A stretch of 43,902 nucleotides of DNA, from the NCBI RefSeq assembly GCF_001194135.2, contig NC_068991.1:37791654-37835555 (forward strand), written 5' to 3'. Numbering within the stretch: position 1 is the first letter of the stretch; each line of letters begins with the position of its first letter. The position numbers and the translations under genes are program-made. Shown here piece after piece: positions 10,901-22,565 of this stretch. The notes under the pieces were generated by a model. That model ran no database searches. It was not told the origin of the DNA and saw only the letters and a program-made list of their open reading frames with translations. This stretch comes from Octopus bimaculoides. Its lineage: Eukaryota.

Positions 10901-11736
10901 GATACAACACACACACACACCTACAAACATACACACACGCACACCTATACACACTTACGCACACGCACACATACATACGGACACACGGACACACAGAGAC
11001 ACACATAGAAGAGTACACAATTATTTGTATGTAACGTTTATCTTTTTCTGACATTCTTCTTTGTTTCTGTCTGTTAACCACAACGTTAAAACGAGATAGT
11101 GAATTATATGACGAGTATATATTAAATTGAAATCTCTGTTAATCGAAGCTTTTATTCTCATTGTACATTGGCGATTTACAGCGCAGTTTGATCGAGTAGT
11201 CTAAGTTTTACTGGTACATGAAAATATAAATTATAAACATTTCTCGAATTATATCAAGGATATTAAATCTATCAAAACCCCATGTTTACAGTTCATGTTT
11301 ATTTGAATATTGTACGGTACCAGTTCTATGTCACTACTTTTTATAATTTTTATTCAAATTGTTGACCAGTTAACCAGTTAGGAAACTATCTACGTAATTA
11401 ATCGTATTATGAATCGACCAATCAGCTGGTTTGTTAGAGAACTTTCGTTACCATTCGCATCCACATGAGTGACATGACCTCCTTACACCAGGTCACTTGA
11501 CGGTTAAGTCGTTTGTATTTAATGACAAATAAGAAGTAGTGAAATGCAACCAGTGCACGTACTTATTGACAAAATGACCTTCGGCATAGTAGAACAAGAG
11601 AGGATTTCAGGTTAGCAAACATGCACAATAATTTCAAAATATGTGTGTGTTGAGAGACAGACAGACAGACAGAGAGGGAGAGAGAGAACCAGTCTTTGGG
11701 TGGCATCAAGCTGTCACGATATAATGTAGGATAAAT

Positions 11737-12163
11737 ATATTAATAACGGTAATCCTGGAGTGAAATTTATAAACATTTAATGCATCCCTACGCCCATTTC
11801 CACAAATTACATATCTCTTAAGATCACAGTCCGTATTCTGGAATGGTTACAGTGTAGTCCATAGTATTCGTAGGCATCAGGTAGTTCATCTTCATGGATT
11901 CATTTCTTCAGGCGATATAGCATTAATGGATGCTTTCTCAACCAACCTTCGTACTGATGAAAAGGGATAAACATCCCTCTAGTAAGCATCCATTAATGTT
12001 ATATCGCTTAATGAAATGTATCGATGATGATGATCAACCCGATGCCCACGGATACTATGGACTACACTGTAATCATCCCAGGAATACGGACTGTGATATT
12101 AAGAGACAAGTGATTTGTGGACACGTGCGTTGCGATACACTAAATGTTTATAAAGTTCATCCA
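11737..12163. repeat. Long inverted repeat (fold-back element): ~173-bp arms and 48-bp loop
   Basis: Arm 11763-11935 is the reverse complement of arm 11984-12156, with about 27 differences counted by eye (roughly 84% identity). Both ends run into TA-rich sequence. Confidence 0.9.
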
Positions 12164-12427
12164 TATATACATATATATGACCATACACCTGATAGTGAAT
12201 ACTTTCAACTGATGACGTGAAGGATACAGAAATCTGGATTAAATAGTTCCAGTCCCGCTAGTGGACGCTTTTCGCCTGTTACGATGCACTTCTGTCATTT
12301 TTAGTACAACACGTCTCTGTGCTTATATGTGTACATATGTGTGTAGGTCTGGTGGTGTGGATATGTATATAAACATATCCATGCATACTTGTATGAATAT
12401 CCTTGCATGTATTTGTGGGTGCATGTA

Positions 12428-12473
<46 letters not shown>

Positions 12474-14174
12474 GGGAAAACACATTTCCAAATCAATCAG
12501 ATGTAACCCTACAACGTTATAAGCATCAACATATCGTACTTTGGAGTCTTATATCGTATATTTATATATTTATCTATAAATATACAAAGTATCTGATAAA
12601 AGTCAATATTCAATTCTTGGGGATTAATCGATATGCGGGTATTCTATTTCAGATAATACAAAAAATAACCTAATGAGTATATCTGAAAGTAAACTCATGG
12701 TATCAGTTTGCACATCACGAAATAATACTTAAAGGATATAACCAAAATTACCAGCTGGGCATATAATATACTTCATTAATTATAGCATACTTTAATTAAT
12801 ACATATATTTATTAAATATGAAGGAACTACATGTGTTTCAGTATTGGAAGATTACAATATATATACATATACCTATACACAACTGTATACCCATATGTAT
12901 ACATATATAAATACATATATGCACTCGTCAGATTTACAATTATTCCAACACATCTTCAGGTTCTATTTCAAAATATTATATATCTAATTTTACATCCCTT
13001 TAAAAATAAGCAATACAATTAAGCATTAATGATTAAAAATTAAGAATTAAAAATTAAGAAACAAATTATACTTTGTAATATTAAGAATTAAAATTTATAA
13101 ATTATACATTATGAATATGAATTAGTATATATATCAATCATGTAAAATCAAGTATATGTCAAATACAGAATGTGAGATATAAGATTAAACATCAGAATTA
13201 AAATGTCTGTGTTTAAATATATAAAACAAGAAAAATTCAAATACATATCTTCCTTTTTTTGCTGGTACTAAAATGGTGATTTNNNNNNNNNNNNNNNNNN
13301 NNNNNNNNNNNNNNNNNNNNNNNNNNNNNNNNNNNNNNNNNNNNNNNNNNNNNNNNNNNNNNNNNNNNNNNNNNNNNNNNNNNNNNNNNNNNNNNNNNNN
13401 NNNNNNNNNNNNNNNNNNNNNNNNNNNNNNNNNNNNNNNNNNNNNNNNNNNNNNNNNNNNNNNNNNNNNNNNNNNNNNNNNNNNNNNNNNNNNNNNNNNN
13501 NNNNNNNNNNNNNNNNNNNNNNNNNNNNNNNNNNNNNNNNNNNNNNNNNNNNNNNNNNNNNNNNNNNNNNNNNNNNNNNNNNNNNNNNNNNNNNNNNNNN
13601 NNNNNNNNNNNNNNNNNNNNNNNNNNNNNNNNNNNNNNNNNNNNNNNNNNNNNNNNNNNNNNNNNNNNNNNNNNNNNNNNNNNNNNNNNNNNNNNNNNNN
13701 NNNNNNNNNNNNNNNNNNNNNNNNNNNNNNNNNNNNNNNNNNNNNNNNNNNNNNNNNNNNNNNNNNNNNNNNNNNNNNNNNNNNNNNNNNNNNNNNNNNN
13801 NNNNNNNNNNNNNNNNNNNNNNNNNNNNNNNNNNNNNNNNNNNNNNNNNNNNNNNNNNNNNNNNNNNNNNNNNNNNNNNNNNNNNNNNNNNNNNNNNNNN
13901 NNNNNNNNNNNNNNNNNNNNNNNNNNNNNNNNNNNNNNNNNNNNNNNNNNNNNNNNNNNNNNNNNNNNNNNNNNNNNNNNNNNNNNNNNNNNNNNNNNNN
14001 NNNNNNNNNNNNNNNNNNNNNNNNNNNNNNNNNNNNNNNNNNNNNNNNNNNNNNNNNNNNNNNNNNNNNNNNNNNNNNNNNNNNNNNNNNNNNNNNNNNN
14101 NNNNNNNNNNNNNNNNNNNNNNNNNNNNNNNNNNNNNNNNNNNNNNNNNNNNNNNNNNNNNNNNNNNNNNNNNN

Positions 14175-15302
14175 CGTTACAGCGCTAACTGTTTTCAACT
14201 GAATAGACGTCAGTGATTAGTAGAAATTATCGAAATAAGACAATTTTTACATGAAATAAATTCGAATACAAAAATATTTTTCTGTTCTATAACACAAACT
14301 AGATAAGTATACGAGGTTTGAAAGTCTTTCCGTACCAAAAACACTACATAAAACATAAATAAAAACTGGCGCCCCCGTTTTAAAATAGATCCCTTCATTT
14401 TACTAAATGTAACATTACTTCGGTGCCTACATTTAACTCCTCGTTCATCATGTGTGTTTAGTTATTCATCTTTAGACTGTAGTAGTTTCATAAATTCAGT
14501 TATGCATACTAAACACATTTTATTCCCAATATTATAGGAGTGGGCTCTACCTATAATACTCCACTTGAAGGTGTATTCTCTTTTTCTAAATTTTAATTCC
14601 CATATATATTTACTTAATCCTGGGATTTTTAAAGGTCTAGTAGTGTTGGGATATTCTTTTTTAATTTCATTTGCTGTTGATCTAATATAAGCCTTATTTA
14701 TAATCCTATTATTATTGTTCTTAGAACTTATACATTTATAAATAATATTATTTATATTACAATTATTAGCGAGCTTACATTTAGTCTTATCACGACATGA
14801 ACATTTTTCTATATGTTGATTAAGTATTCTATCACTATCGGTTATATTATGGCTAGAGCTATTATTTATTACGCTATTATAATAATTATCTAATTTCTTA
14901 TTATTTATAGAAGAAATAATATTGCCTACATTTCTCGATGTTGAGTATCCCACTCTTATGATTTTATTGGAAAATATAGTTGAATAACTATTGTCCTTTT
15001 TAAAAACCATTTCTTACTATTTTAAGTGCCACCTTAATAATAGTCATAACTTGATCCCCATACGGAATAATTAACCATATAATATCTTGTTTTATTTTTT
15101 ATATTTTTTATATTATCATTATTAGTAGACATCATCGGTATTAAACTGTTATTCTTAGGTATATTATATCTCTTTATGTATACTTTACCATGTTTCTTAG
15201 GATTGCTTATATTCTCATTATCATTATTACTATTATTATTATAATCATTATTAACAACTATACTATTTTTATCTTTAGTTTGTTATATTGTCTTTTTACT
15301 AA

Positions 15303-15354
<52 letters not shown>

Positions 15355-15945
15355 TTCATAATAATTAAAGAATTTTATATTAGAGTTATATCCTGCTTCT
15401 TTTAATGCTTTATTATAATATGGTGCATGTTTATTAAAAGTGTCATAATCTGAGGATAACATAGATATACTTTTACCTATATTATTTATTAAGGCTTCTT
15501 TAACTGATTTAGTATGGTTACTTGAAGAACTATTATACTTTAGGTTTTCATTCAACTTATGGAATGGATGGATATTATTAGTGACTAGATTAAGGTTGAC
15601 GTCCAGATAATTTACTGCAAAATGCTCATTCTCTATAGATATTCCTAGGCCATTATTCTTAAAGAACTTGTACATTTTCTTCTAAAGGTATTCTAATGAC
15701 CTATTAGTACAATTCCTAGTTATAAGTAGTAGGTCGTCCCTAAAAAGACCACCCTCTATATTCGTGAATTCTATTTCTAGTTCAGATAAGAGATATAAAC
15801 CTACAAGATCAGTAACCTCGGCTGAATCTGGGGCACCCATGGGTATATCAAAACAATCTCTAGTGTCTTTTCTTCCCATAGTTTATCTTTATATTTTATA
15901 ATGGACTTTCTCGCGGCCAACACTACTTTTACTTCTTCAAATAAC
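14175..15945 (-). mobile_element. Penelope-like retroelement, 5'-truncated and decayed (RT C-terminal half, thumb, Cys linker, GIY-YIG endonuclease)
   Basis: EEVKVVLAARKSI...DCFDIPMGAPDSAEVTDLVGLYLL...GGLFRDD (RT), VNYLDVNLNL, YYNKALKEAGY, DIIWLIIPY, IFSNKIIRVGYS, CSCRDKTKCKLANNC, NIIYKC...KAYIRST (GIY-YIG), LSKYIWELK...KWSII...MCLVCITE, LNTHDERGVKCRH. The 3' end runs into the gap at 14174. Confidence 0.92.
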
Positions 15946-15968
15946 ATATTTACCTATTATAAAATATA

Positions 15969-16095
15969 GATACGATGGACTACACTGTAATCATCCCAGG
16001 AATACGGACTGTAACCTTAAGGGACATGAGATTTGTGGAAACGCGCGTAGCGATGCATTAAAATGCTTATAAAGTCCATCCATGGATTATTGTTA
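15969..16095 (+). repeat. Third copy of the outer part of the 11737-12163 fold-back arm, inverted relative to the adjacent Penelope ORF
   Basis: atggactacactgtaatcatcccaggaatacggactgt is identical over 38 nt to 12057-12094; similarity continues to ggattattgtta followed by (TA)n. Confidence 0.9.
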
Positions 16096-16289
16096 TATAT
16101 ATATATGTAAGTGTCTATGTATATACATATGTACATACGTGCATACATACATGCATATATGCGTACATATATGTACGTGTGTGTGTATAAATAAATATAT
16201 ATATGGGTGTGTGTGTGTATATATATAAATATACATGTATGTGTCTATGTATGTGTGTGTCTATGTGTGTGACTTCATGTAGGGTTTGG

Positions 16290-16457
16290 GGCTTGTCCCC
16301 ACCATCATATGACAACCAGTGTTGGTGTGTTTATGTCCCCATAATCTAGCAGTTCCATAAAAGTGAACGGTAGAATAAATACTGGGGTGGATTCATTCAA
16401 CTAAAATTCCTGAAGGTGGTGACCCAGCACGGTTTCAACAAATAAAAGATAAAAGAT
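16290..16457 (+). mobile_element. SINE-B second module without the head
   Basis: ttgtccccaccatc...gacaaccagtgttggtgtgtttatgtcccc...ggtggtgacccagcacgg...aaataaaagataaaaga aligns with 37355-37566. Confidence 0.8.
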
Positions 16458-17332
16458 GATATATATGTAAATATATATATATATATATAATCCTTGGAGC
16501 ATACCTTTATACACACAGACACACAGACAGACAGACACACAGACACACAGACACACATATATACTGTATATATAATTTACGGGGGCGTTAACAAAAGATA
16601 TCCGGTTGTAAAGTATGCATATATATTATATGTGTGTGTGCATTTATCTATCTATATATATATGTATTTGTTAGAGATAATATTGAAAAGGATGTGTACA
16701 CACANNNNNNNNNNNNNNNNNNNNNNNNNNNNNNNNNNNNNNNNNATGTGTTTGTGTGTGCGTCCATGTTTGCGCGCGTATATTTCTCTGTTTCTCTGTG
16801 TGTGGGTGCTTACGTGTGAGTTTATGTTTGTGTATGCATGTATTTTTATGACGATATGACTGTGAGCGAAGGAGAGAGCTTGGATGAGAATGTGCCATAT
16901 GAGCGTGTGTGCGTGTCCGTGTGTGTCCGTGTGTGTGTGTGTGTGCATCATATCAGAGGGATGATGTGAGCTTAAGAGGAGTGTGTGAATGTATGAGTGT
17001 GTATGTGCTTGTGTGGGTGATTTTGAGTTAGATTTGCTTTCTTTTTTCTATATTTTTGTGTAGTGGGGTGTTCGAATGAAAAACAATATACGAGAAAGTG
17101 TATGAATATGAATGTTTGTGTGTGATGGGGTGTGCGTGTGTGTGTATGTGTGTGTATGTGTGTGTATGTGTGTATGAATATCTATGCTTGTCTGAAAAGA
17201 ACTGACCTAACCGATTGGGTTATGGCAACATTTGGTTACATTGTCAAAGGATTTATAGGAACTTTCGGGCAAATTTACTTCGCAAGGACCAAGTTTTAGG
17301 AACATCTGAGCTCTGAATAATAAGCTATCATA

Positions 17333-17831
17333 TAGGGTGTTCCAGATTTAACTATCTACTTCAGTGAAATGGGACATTTTTATTTTTTAAAAGATCACTT
17401 TTATTTAAGCTTATCATGTTTAATAAGTGTTAAGTGTTTAGATATTTAATTTTGTTTATAATGTTATAAGTTCTATAATTTCTTTTTTTTTTCTTTTGTG
17501 ATTTTATTTTCATCCTTTTTGGATCCCGCTTATCTGTCCACGACAATTATTTTTCAATTTGGTCGCAACCATTTTCTCCACCTCCATTCCCGAGATGGAG
17601 CAAAGAACGCATTCAGTTAGTAGTGCAGAAGATAACTCCTGAAATGCTTCAAAACGTGTTTCGCAACGGTAAAGATAGATTTGAAATTTGCAGGGATACA
17701 GATGGAGCGCATGTTGAAACTTTTCAATAAAAGCTTGATGTAAGATTTATAAATCTATTTGTTTTGGTATCATAATTAAGAAACATAAAATTCTTTCAGT
17801 TTTTTTAAATAGTTAATTCTGGGACACCCTG
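17333..17831 (+). mobile_element. Non-autonomous Tc1/mariner-superfamily element (499 bp) with TIRs and TA target duplication
   Basis: Left TA|tagggtgttccagatttaacta; right tagttaattctgggacaccctg|TA (~22-bp TIR). Internal transposase C-terminus ERIQLVVQKITPEMLQNVFRNGKDRFEICRDTDGAHVETFQ* at about 17605-17730. Confidence 0.88.
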
Positions 17832-18004
17832 TATTGTCCATCAATTCTATCGTGTTTCCTTATCTCTTATGTAGATTGATTGTACATTAGTACAGTGCTA
17901 TCGGTATTTTAGGGGTATTAGTCGACTATAAGCCGTCCTTTGTTTGGCGGTGTAAAAAGAATAGTACGCTATTAAAATTGTATTTTCTTACTAAAGATAG
18001 TAAG

Positions 18005-18040
18005 GTATGATTTGAAGAAGATATGGCTGTTATTTCTAAA
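18005..18040 (-). repeat. Family E repeat fragment
   Basis: Reverse complement tagaaataacagccatatcttcttcaaatcatacc resembles tagaaatagcaaccaaatctccctcaaatcac at 42594. Confidence 0.55.
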
Positions 18041-18889
18041 AGATCTGTTGACAGCGTAGTAGGTGAATTGTTTCAATTATCTTGGTCATGGATGTGACGA
18101 CAATCTACAGCAGAAGTTTATTTGGTAAAGTTTCAGTTGATAATCAAACAACCTCTCAACTTACTTACTTGCAATAAACTATAATACTACTCGCGTGGGG
18201 AATTTGACTGGTGACTGTTGATGCTGCCACCTATGGTTGCTCTCAGAGTAAGAGACGGAAAGAAAGAGAGTTTGCTAAGAAACAGGGGGAGGGTGAAGTT
18301 TCCTGTTAGGGGGAGAGAACCGCTCAGGGCTTATAATCTTATTTTCTTTTGCTTTATTATTATTATGCGTGGTATTATTCTTATGTGTGAGAGAATATAT
18401 GAAATATTTCCATATAATTCCATATAATTTTTCATATTTTGGGTGTCCTAGTAGCTGCATATAACGTTATTTCGCACTTATTGGGGCTTGTCAATACAAT
18501 GTGACTTGGGATCATAAAACTAGTTGGTCTATGTTCATTTAAAACATTTAAGAATTATATATGATCAATTTTCTTTTCTTCTTTTTTTTTTGCTGCTCTC
18601 TTAACGTGGAGAAAGGAAGTGAAGAGATAGAGGTAGGGCAATGAAAGCCTCAGAGTCATTTCAAATTAAGATTAACATTATACACAAGCATGATCGATAT
18701 TTTCTATTTTCTTTACTTTTGACAGAGGGGGAGAGACGAAGAGGGAAAGGACCTTCCTTGGTCTCATCGGTGATGAACGACTCATCTCCCCGCTAAGTGA
18801 TATATAGAAAATCAGAGCGATTATCCAGTGAGCTTGCTGAAAAATATATATTAGCAACAGAGGCAGTACTAATAACAAGAGGTAATATG

Positions 18890-19062
18890 TAAAATTGCTT
18901 GGCAGCATTTCGTCCGTCTTTAGGTTCTGATTTCAAATTCCGCCATGTTGAACTTTGTCTTTTATTCTTTCGTGGTCAATGAAATAAGTACCAGTTGAGC
19001 ACTGGGGTCGATGTAATCAACTAGCACTCAAACCCCAAACTTACTGGTCTTGCGCCAAAAAT
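18890..19062 (+). mobile_element. SINE-A copy
   Basis: gcatttcgtccgtc...gatttcaaattccgcc...aataagtaccagttgagcactggggtcgatgtaatcaactag...ggtcttgcgccaaaa. Confidence 0.85.
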
Positions 19063-19084
19063 ACTGTGTATACTTACCCCTTTT

Positions 19085-19186
19085 TTAAATCATTTCATTG
19101 CATGTAAACCCCAACACTTTATATCTGACTTTGTATTGTCCTCGTCATCCTTCGCCTTTGCGACAAATAAATGAAATTATTGTCAT
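19085..19186 (+). mobile_element. Short copy of the Tx1-like 3' end
   Basis: atcatttcattgcatgtaaa...tatatctgactttgtattgtcctcgtcatccttcgcctttgcgacaaataaatgaaattat aligns with the reverse complement of 5868-5955. Confidence 0.8.
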
Positions 19187-19194
19187 TATTACTT

Positions 19195-19225
<31 letters not shown>

Positions 19226-19226
19226 A

Positions 19227-19306
<80 letters not shown>

Positions 19307-19318
19307 TATTATTATTAT
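19187..19318. repeat. (ATT)n microsatellite, about 40 units, slightly impure
   Basis: Direct reading. Confidence 0.95.
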
Positions 19319-19319
19319 G

Positions 19320-19398
19320 TACTAGTGAAACATTGGGATCGATGTAATTGACTAGTCCGCTCTCCCAAATTTCAGGCCTTGTGCCTACAGTAGAAAAG

Positions 19399-19400
<2 letters not shown>
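19320..19400 (+). mobile_element. SINE-A 3' fragment
   Basis: agtgaaacattgggatcgatgtaattgactagtcc...aaatttcaggccttgtgcctacagtagaaaag followed by (ATT)n. Confidence 0.85.

Positions 19401-19471
<71 letters not shown>
19400..19471. repeat. (ATT)n microsatellite
   Basis: Direct reading. Confidence 0.95.
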
Positions 19472-19476
<5 letters not shown>

Positions 19477-19477
19477 T

Positions 19478-19661
19478 AGAAACGTTAGCTCGCTTGGCGA
19501 AATGTTTAGCTGTATTTCACCCGTGGCTACGTTCTAAGTTCAAATTCCGCCGAGGTCGACTTTGCCTTTCATCCTTTCGCCAAATTAAATACCAGTGAAA
19601 CACAGGAGTCGATGTAATCAACTAGTCCCCGCCCCGCAAATATTTCAGGCCTTGTACCTAT
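19478..19661 (+). mobile_element. SINE-A copy, slightly 5'-truncated
   Basis: agaaacgttagc...aagttcaaattccgccgaggtcgactttgcctttcatcctttcg...gtcgatgtaatcaactagtcccc...tttcaggccttgtaccta followed by attattatt. Confidence 0.9.
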
Positions 19662-21097
19662 ATTATTATTGTTATTATGACATTGTATCGAGGTTTACAT
19701 TTGCTGTTATTTCTAGTAGATGAATTGAATGCAGAATGATTCTCTCGTGCGTTCATGGGAGCCGGCGTACATGTCTATCTCCGCCGTGATGGATATGTCT
19801 GAATGATAACTATGAAGCAAAAGTCCGTCATCCTGGAATAGATTTTTAACTTTGGTCTACAGGAAGTAAATTTTGTTTTATATGAATAATTGAACCAAGC
19901 ACAAGGAAGACAAAGAAACATTCGTCTTTTCTTTAATGCTACCACTGTTTACATTGCTGTTGATGAATGGCAAAATAATCATAACCATTTGTGATAGGTA
20001 CTTTGAGGCTAGACTGGCTTAGCCAAGGATGTATTAGAAAAGAAGCTGTATTGATTTGAACCTCAGCATTTTGCAAGGAAGACAGCATCTACTAAAAATA
20101 GTGAAGACGAAAGAAAGAAAAAAGAAGGAAAGAAAGAGGAGAAGGAAAGGGCTCGGCGTTTAAGGAATTTGGTGAGAAAGAATATACATGAAGGTGAAAG
20201 AAAAGGAGAGAGAAAAATGCAGGGAGACTATTTTAAAATAGGGGAAAAAATAAAGAATAAACAAAGAGGCAGCAATAAAAAGGAAGAGCTGAAGGGATAA
20301 AAAAATGAAATAAAGAGAATGAAAGAAACGTTCTCTGTAAAGGCAGATGTGATAGAAAGAATGGTAGAAAGAAGAAAAGGAAGATGGAAAGCCAGAATGC
20401 TGGAAGAGAAAGTTGATATGAAAGAAAGATAGAATGAAAGACAAAGAGAGAAATAAATAAAGGAAGGAAGAAAGAAAGAAGAAAACTGTAACAGTGTCTT
20501 TGTAAAGCTCCAACAATGATCACTAAATCTAAAGAGTCTATTGAGAAAGGCTGGTGTCGTCTGCTTCAATCAATATTGTAAGTTAGCCAGTATAGGCCGT
20601 TAGTCAAATCTTTTGATAGCCTTTCATGACGTCGCCATCTTCTCTATCCCCACTTCTCTTATCTCTCTCTCTCTTTCTCTCTCGTACTTTTACATCTTAA
20701 CCACACTTTGCCTTCTTCATCGCATATCATCATGTTCTTTTCTTACATTTCTTAATTCGCTTATAACATTTTTATTTATTTATTCATGTATTTATTTATA
20801 TACATATCGACCCAACAAGCTATGAAATAATATCTCTAAATATGCATCCTTGCATGTATCTTTCTACGTATATATCTATCGATTTATCTCCCAATCAATC
20901 AATTTGCCTACATATTTATCAATTAGTCTTCCTATCTATCAATCAGTGAATCTACGTATTTATGTATCGATTCGTCTCTTTCTCTTTCTCGCTCTATCTC
21001 TTTCTTTCTCCCTCCCTCTCTCTCTCTCCTTCTCTCTCTCAGTGTTTATCCCTATTTATCTCTACCCCTCTCTCTTTCATTTTTGTCTCATTTTCAT

Positions 21098-21132
<35 letters not shown>

Positions 21133-21288
21133 NNNNNNNNNNNNNNNNNNNNNNNNNNNNNNNNNNNNNNNNNNNNNNNNNNNNNNNNNNNNNNNNNNNN
21201 NNNNNNNNNATATATATACACACATATGTATGTGTATGTATCTATACATCTATATATCTGTGTGTGTGTGTGTGTGTGTGTGTGTTTA

Positions 21289-21720
21289 CCGGGTTTTCGG
21301 GCTAAATTTGACAGTTTACATAAATGGGAAAGAAAACATATAAAGCTCACCAAAGACATCAACTAGGGTATTGCTGGGAGATAACAGTTTACTCAAAGTA
21401 GCTGCCCTAAGTTTTCACAACAGCCTCAAGACGGCTCCGGAATCTGGCGCATGCATTCCACACAGTGTCCCTGGGAAAACCTTCGAACACCAGTTTGGCC
21501 ACCAGTTCGGCCTTGGTATTCCAGGTAGAATGGTTGGTGCTTTTATCAAACACTCCCCACACATAGTAATCCATTAATCCAAAGGATTACAATTGGGGAT
21601 TAAGAGGCTAGAAATTGAGACTGATATAGCCGTAGAAATTCTCCGACAACCGCTTCTGACGTATACAGCACTTACTCGGTATTACCTGTATCTTTAGGGT
21701 TTGGTTGACTCCAATACCCT
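21289..21720 (-). mobile_element. Tc1/mariner transposase C-terminal fragment, maT/DD37D-like
   Basis: SK...QKRLSENFYGYISLNF*P...MDYYVWGVFDKSTNHSTWNTKAELVAKLVFEGFPRDTVWNACARFRSRLEAVVKT*GSYFE*. Terminus TA|ccgggttttcgggctaaatt at 21287-21308. Confidence 0.85.
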
Positions 21721-21727
21721 TTATAAC

Positions 21728-21769
<42 letters not shown>

Positions 21770-22524
21770 NNNNNNNNNNNNNNNNNNNNNNNNNNNNNNN
21801 NNNNNNNNNNNNNNNNNNNNNNNNNNNNNNNNNNNNNNNNNNNNNNNNNNNNNNNNNNNNNNNNNNNNNNNNNNNNNNNNNNNNNNNNNNNNNNNNNNNN
21901 NNNNNNNNNNNNNNNNNNNNNNNNNNNNNNNNNNNNNNNNNNNNNNNNNNNNNNNNNNNNNNNNNNNNNNNNNNNNNNNNNNNNNNNNNNNNNNNNNNNN
22001 NNNNNNNNNNNNNNNNNNNNNNNNNNNNNNNNNNNNNNNNNNNNNNNNNNNNNNNNNNNNNNNNNNNNNNNNNNNNNNNNNNNNNNNNNNNNNNNNNNNN
22101 NNNNNNNNNNNNNNNNNNNNNNNNNNNNNNNNNNNNNNNNNNNNNNNNNNNNNNNNNNNNNNNNNNNNNNNNNNNNNNNNNNNNNNNNNNNNNNNNNNNN
22201 NNNNNNNNNNNNNNNNNNNNNNNNNNNNNNNNNNNNNNNNNNNNNNNNNNNNNNNNNNNNNNNNNNNNNNNNNNNNNNNNNNNNNNNNNNNNNNNNNNNN
22301 NNNNNNNNNNNNNNNNNNNNNNNNNNNNNNNNNNNNNNNNNNNNNNNNNNNNNNNNNNNNNNNNNNNNNNNNNNNNNNNNNNNNNNNNNNNNNNNNNNNN
22401 NNNNNNNNNNNNNNNNNNNNNNNNNNNNNNNNNNNNNNNNNNNNNNNNNNNNNNNNNNNNNNNNNNNNNNNNNNNNNNNNNNNNNNNNNNNNNNNNNNNN
22501 NNNNNNNNNNNNNNNNNNNNNNNN

Positions 22525-22564
<40 letters not shown>

Positions 22565-22565
<1 letters not shown>

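Noticed and set aside
12662-12703. Hammerhead-like ctaatgag...ctgaaagtaaactc
   Set aside because: The core G5 is replaced by A and stem I does not pair.
14462-15285. Selenocysteine read-through in the Penelope ORF (reported for some Naiad-type elements)
   Set aside because: The interrupting stops at 14462-64 and 15283-85 are TAA, not TGA, and the linker cysteines are ordinary Cys codons.
18726-18885. Exon after the very strong acceptor tttctttacttttgacag
   Set aside because: All three frames stop before any good donor; could only be a terminal or non-coding exon, with no further support.
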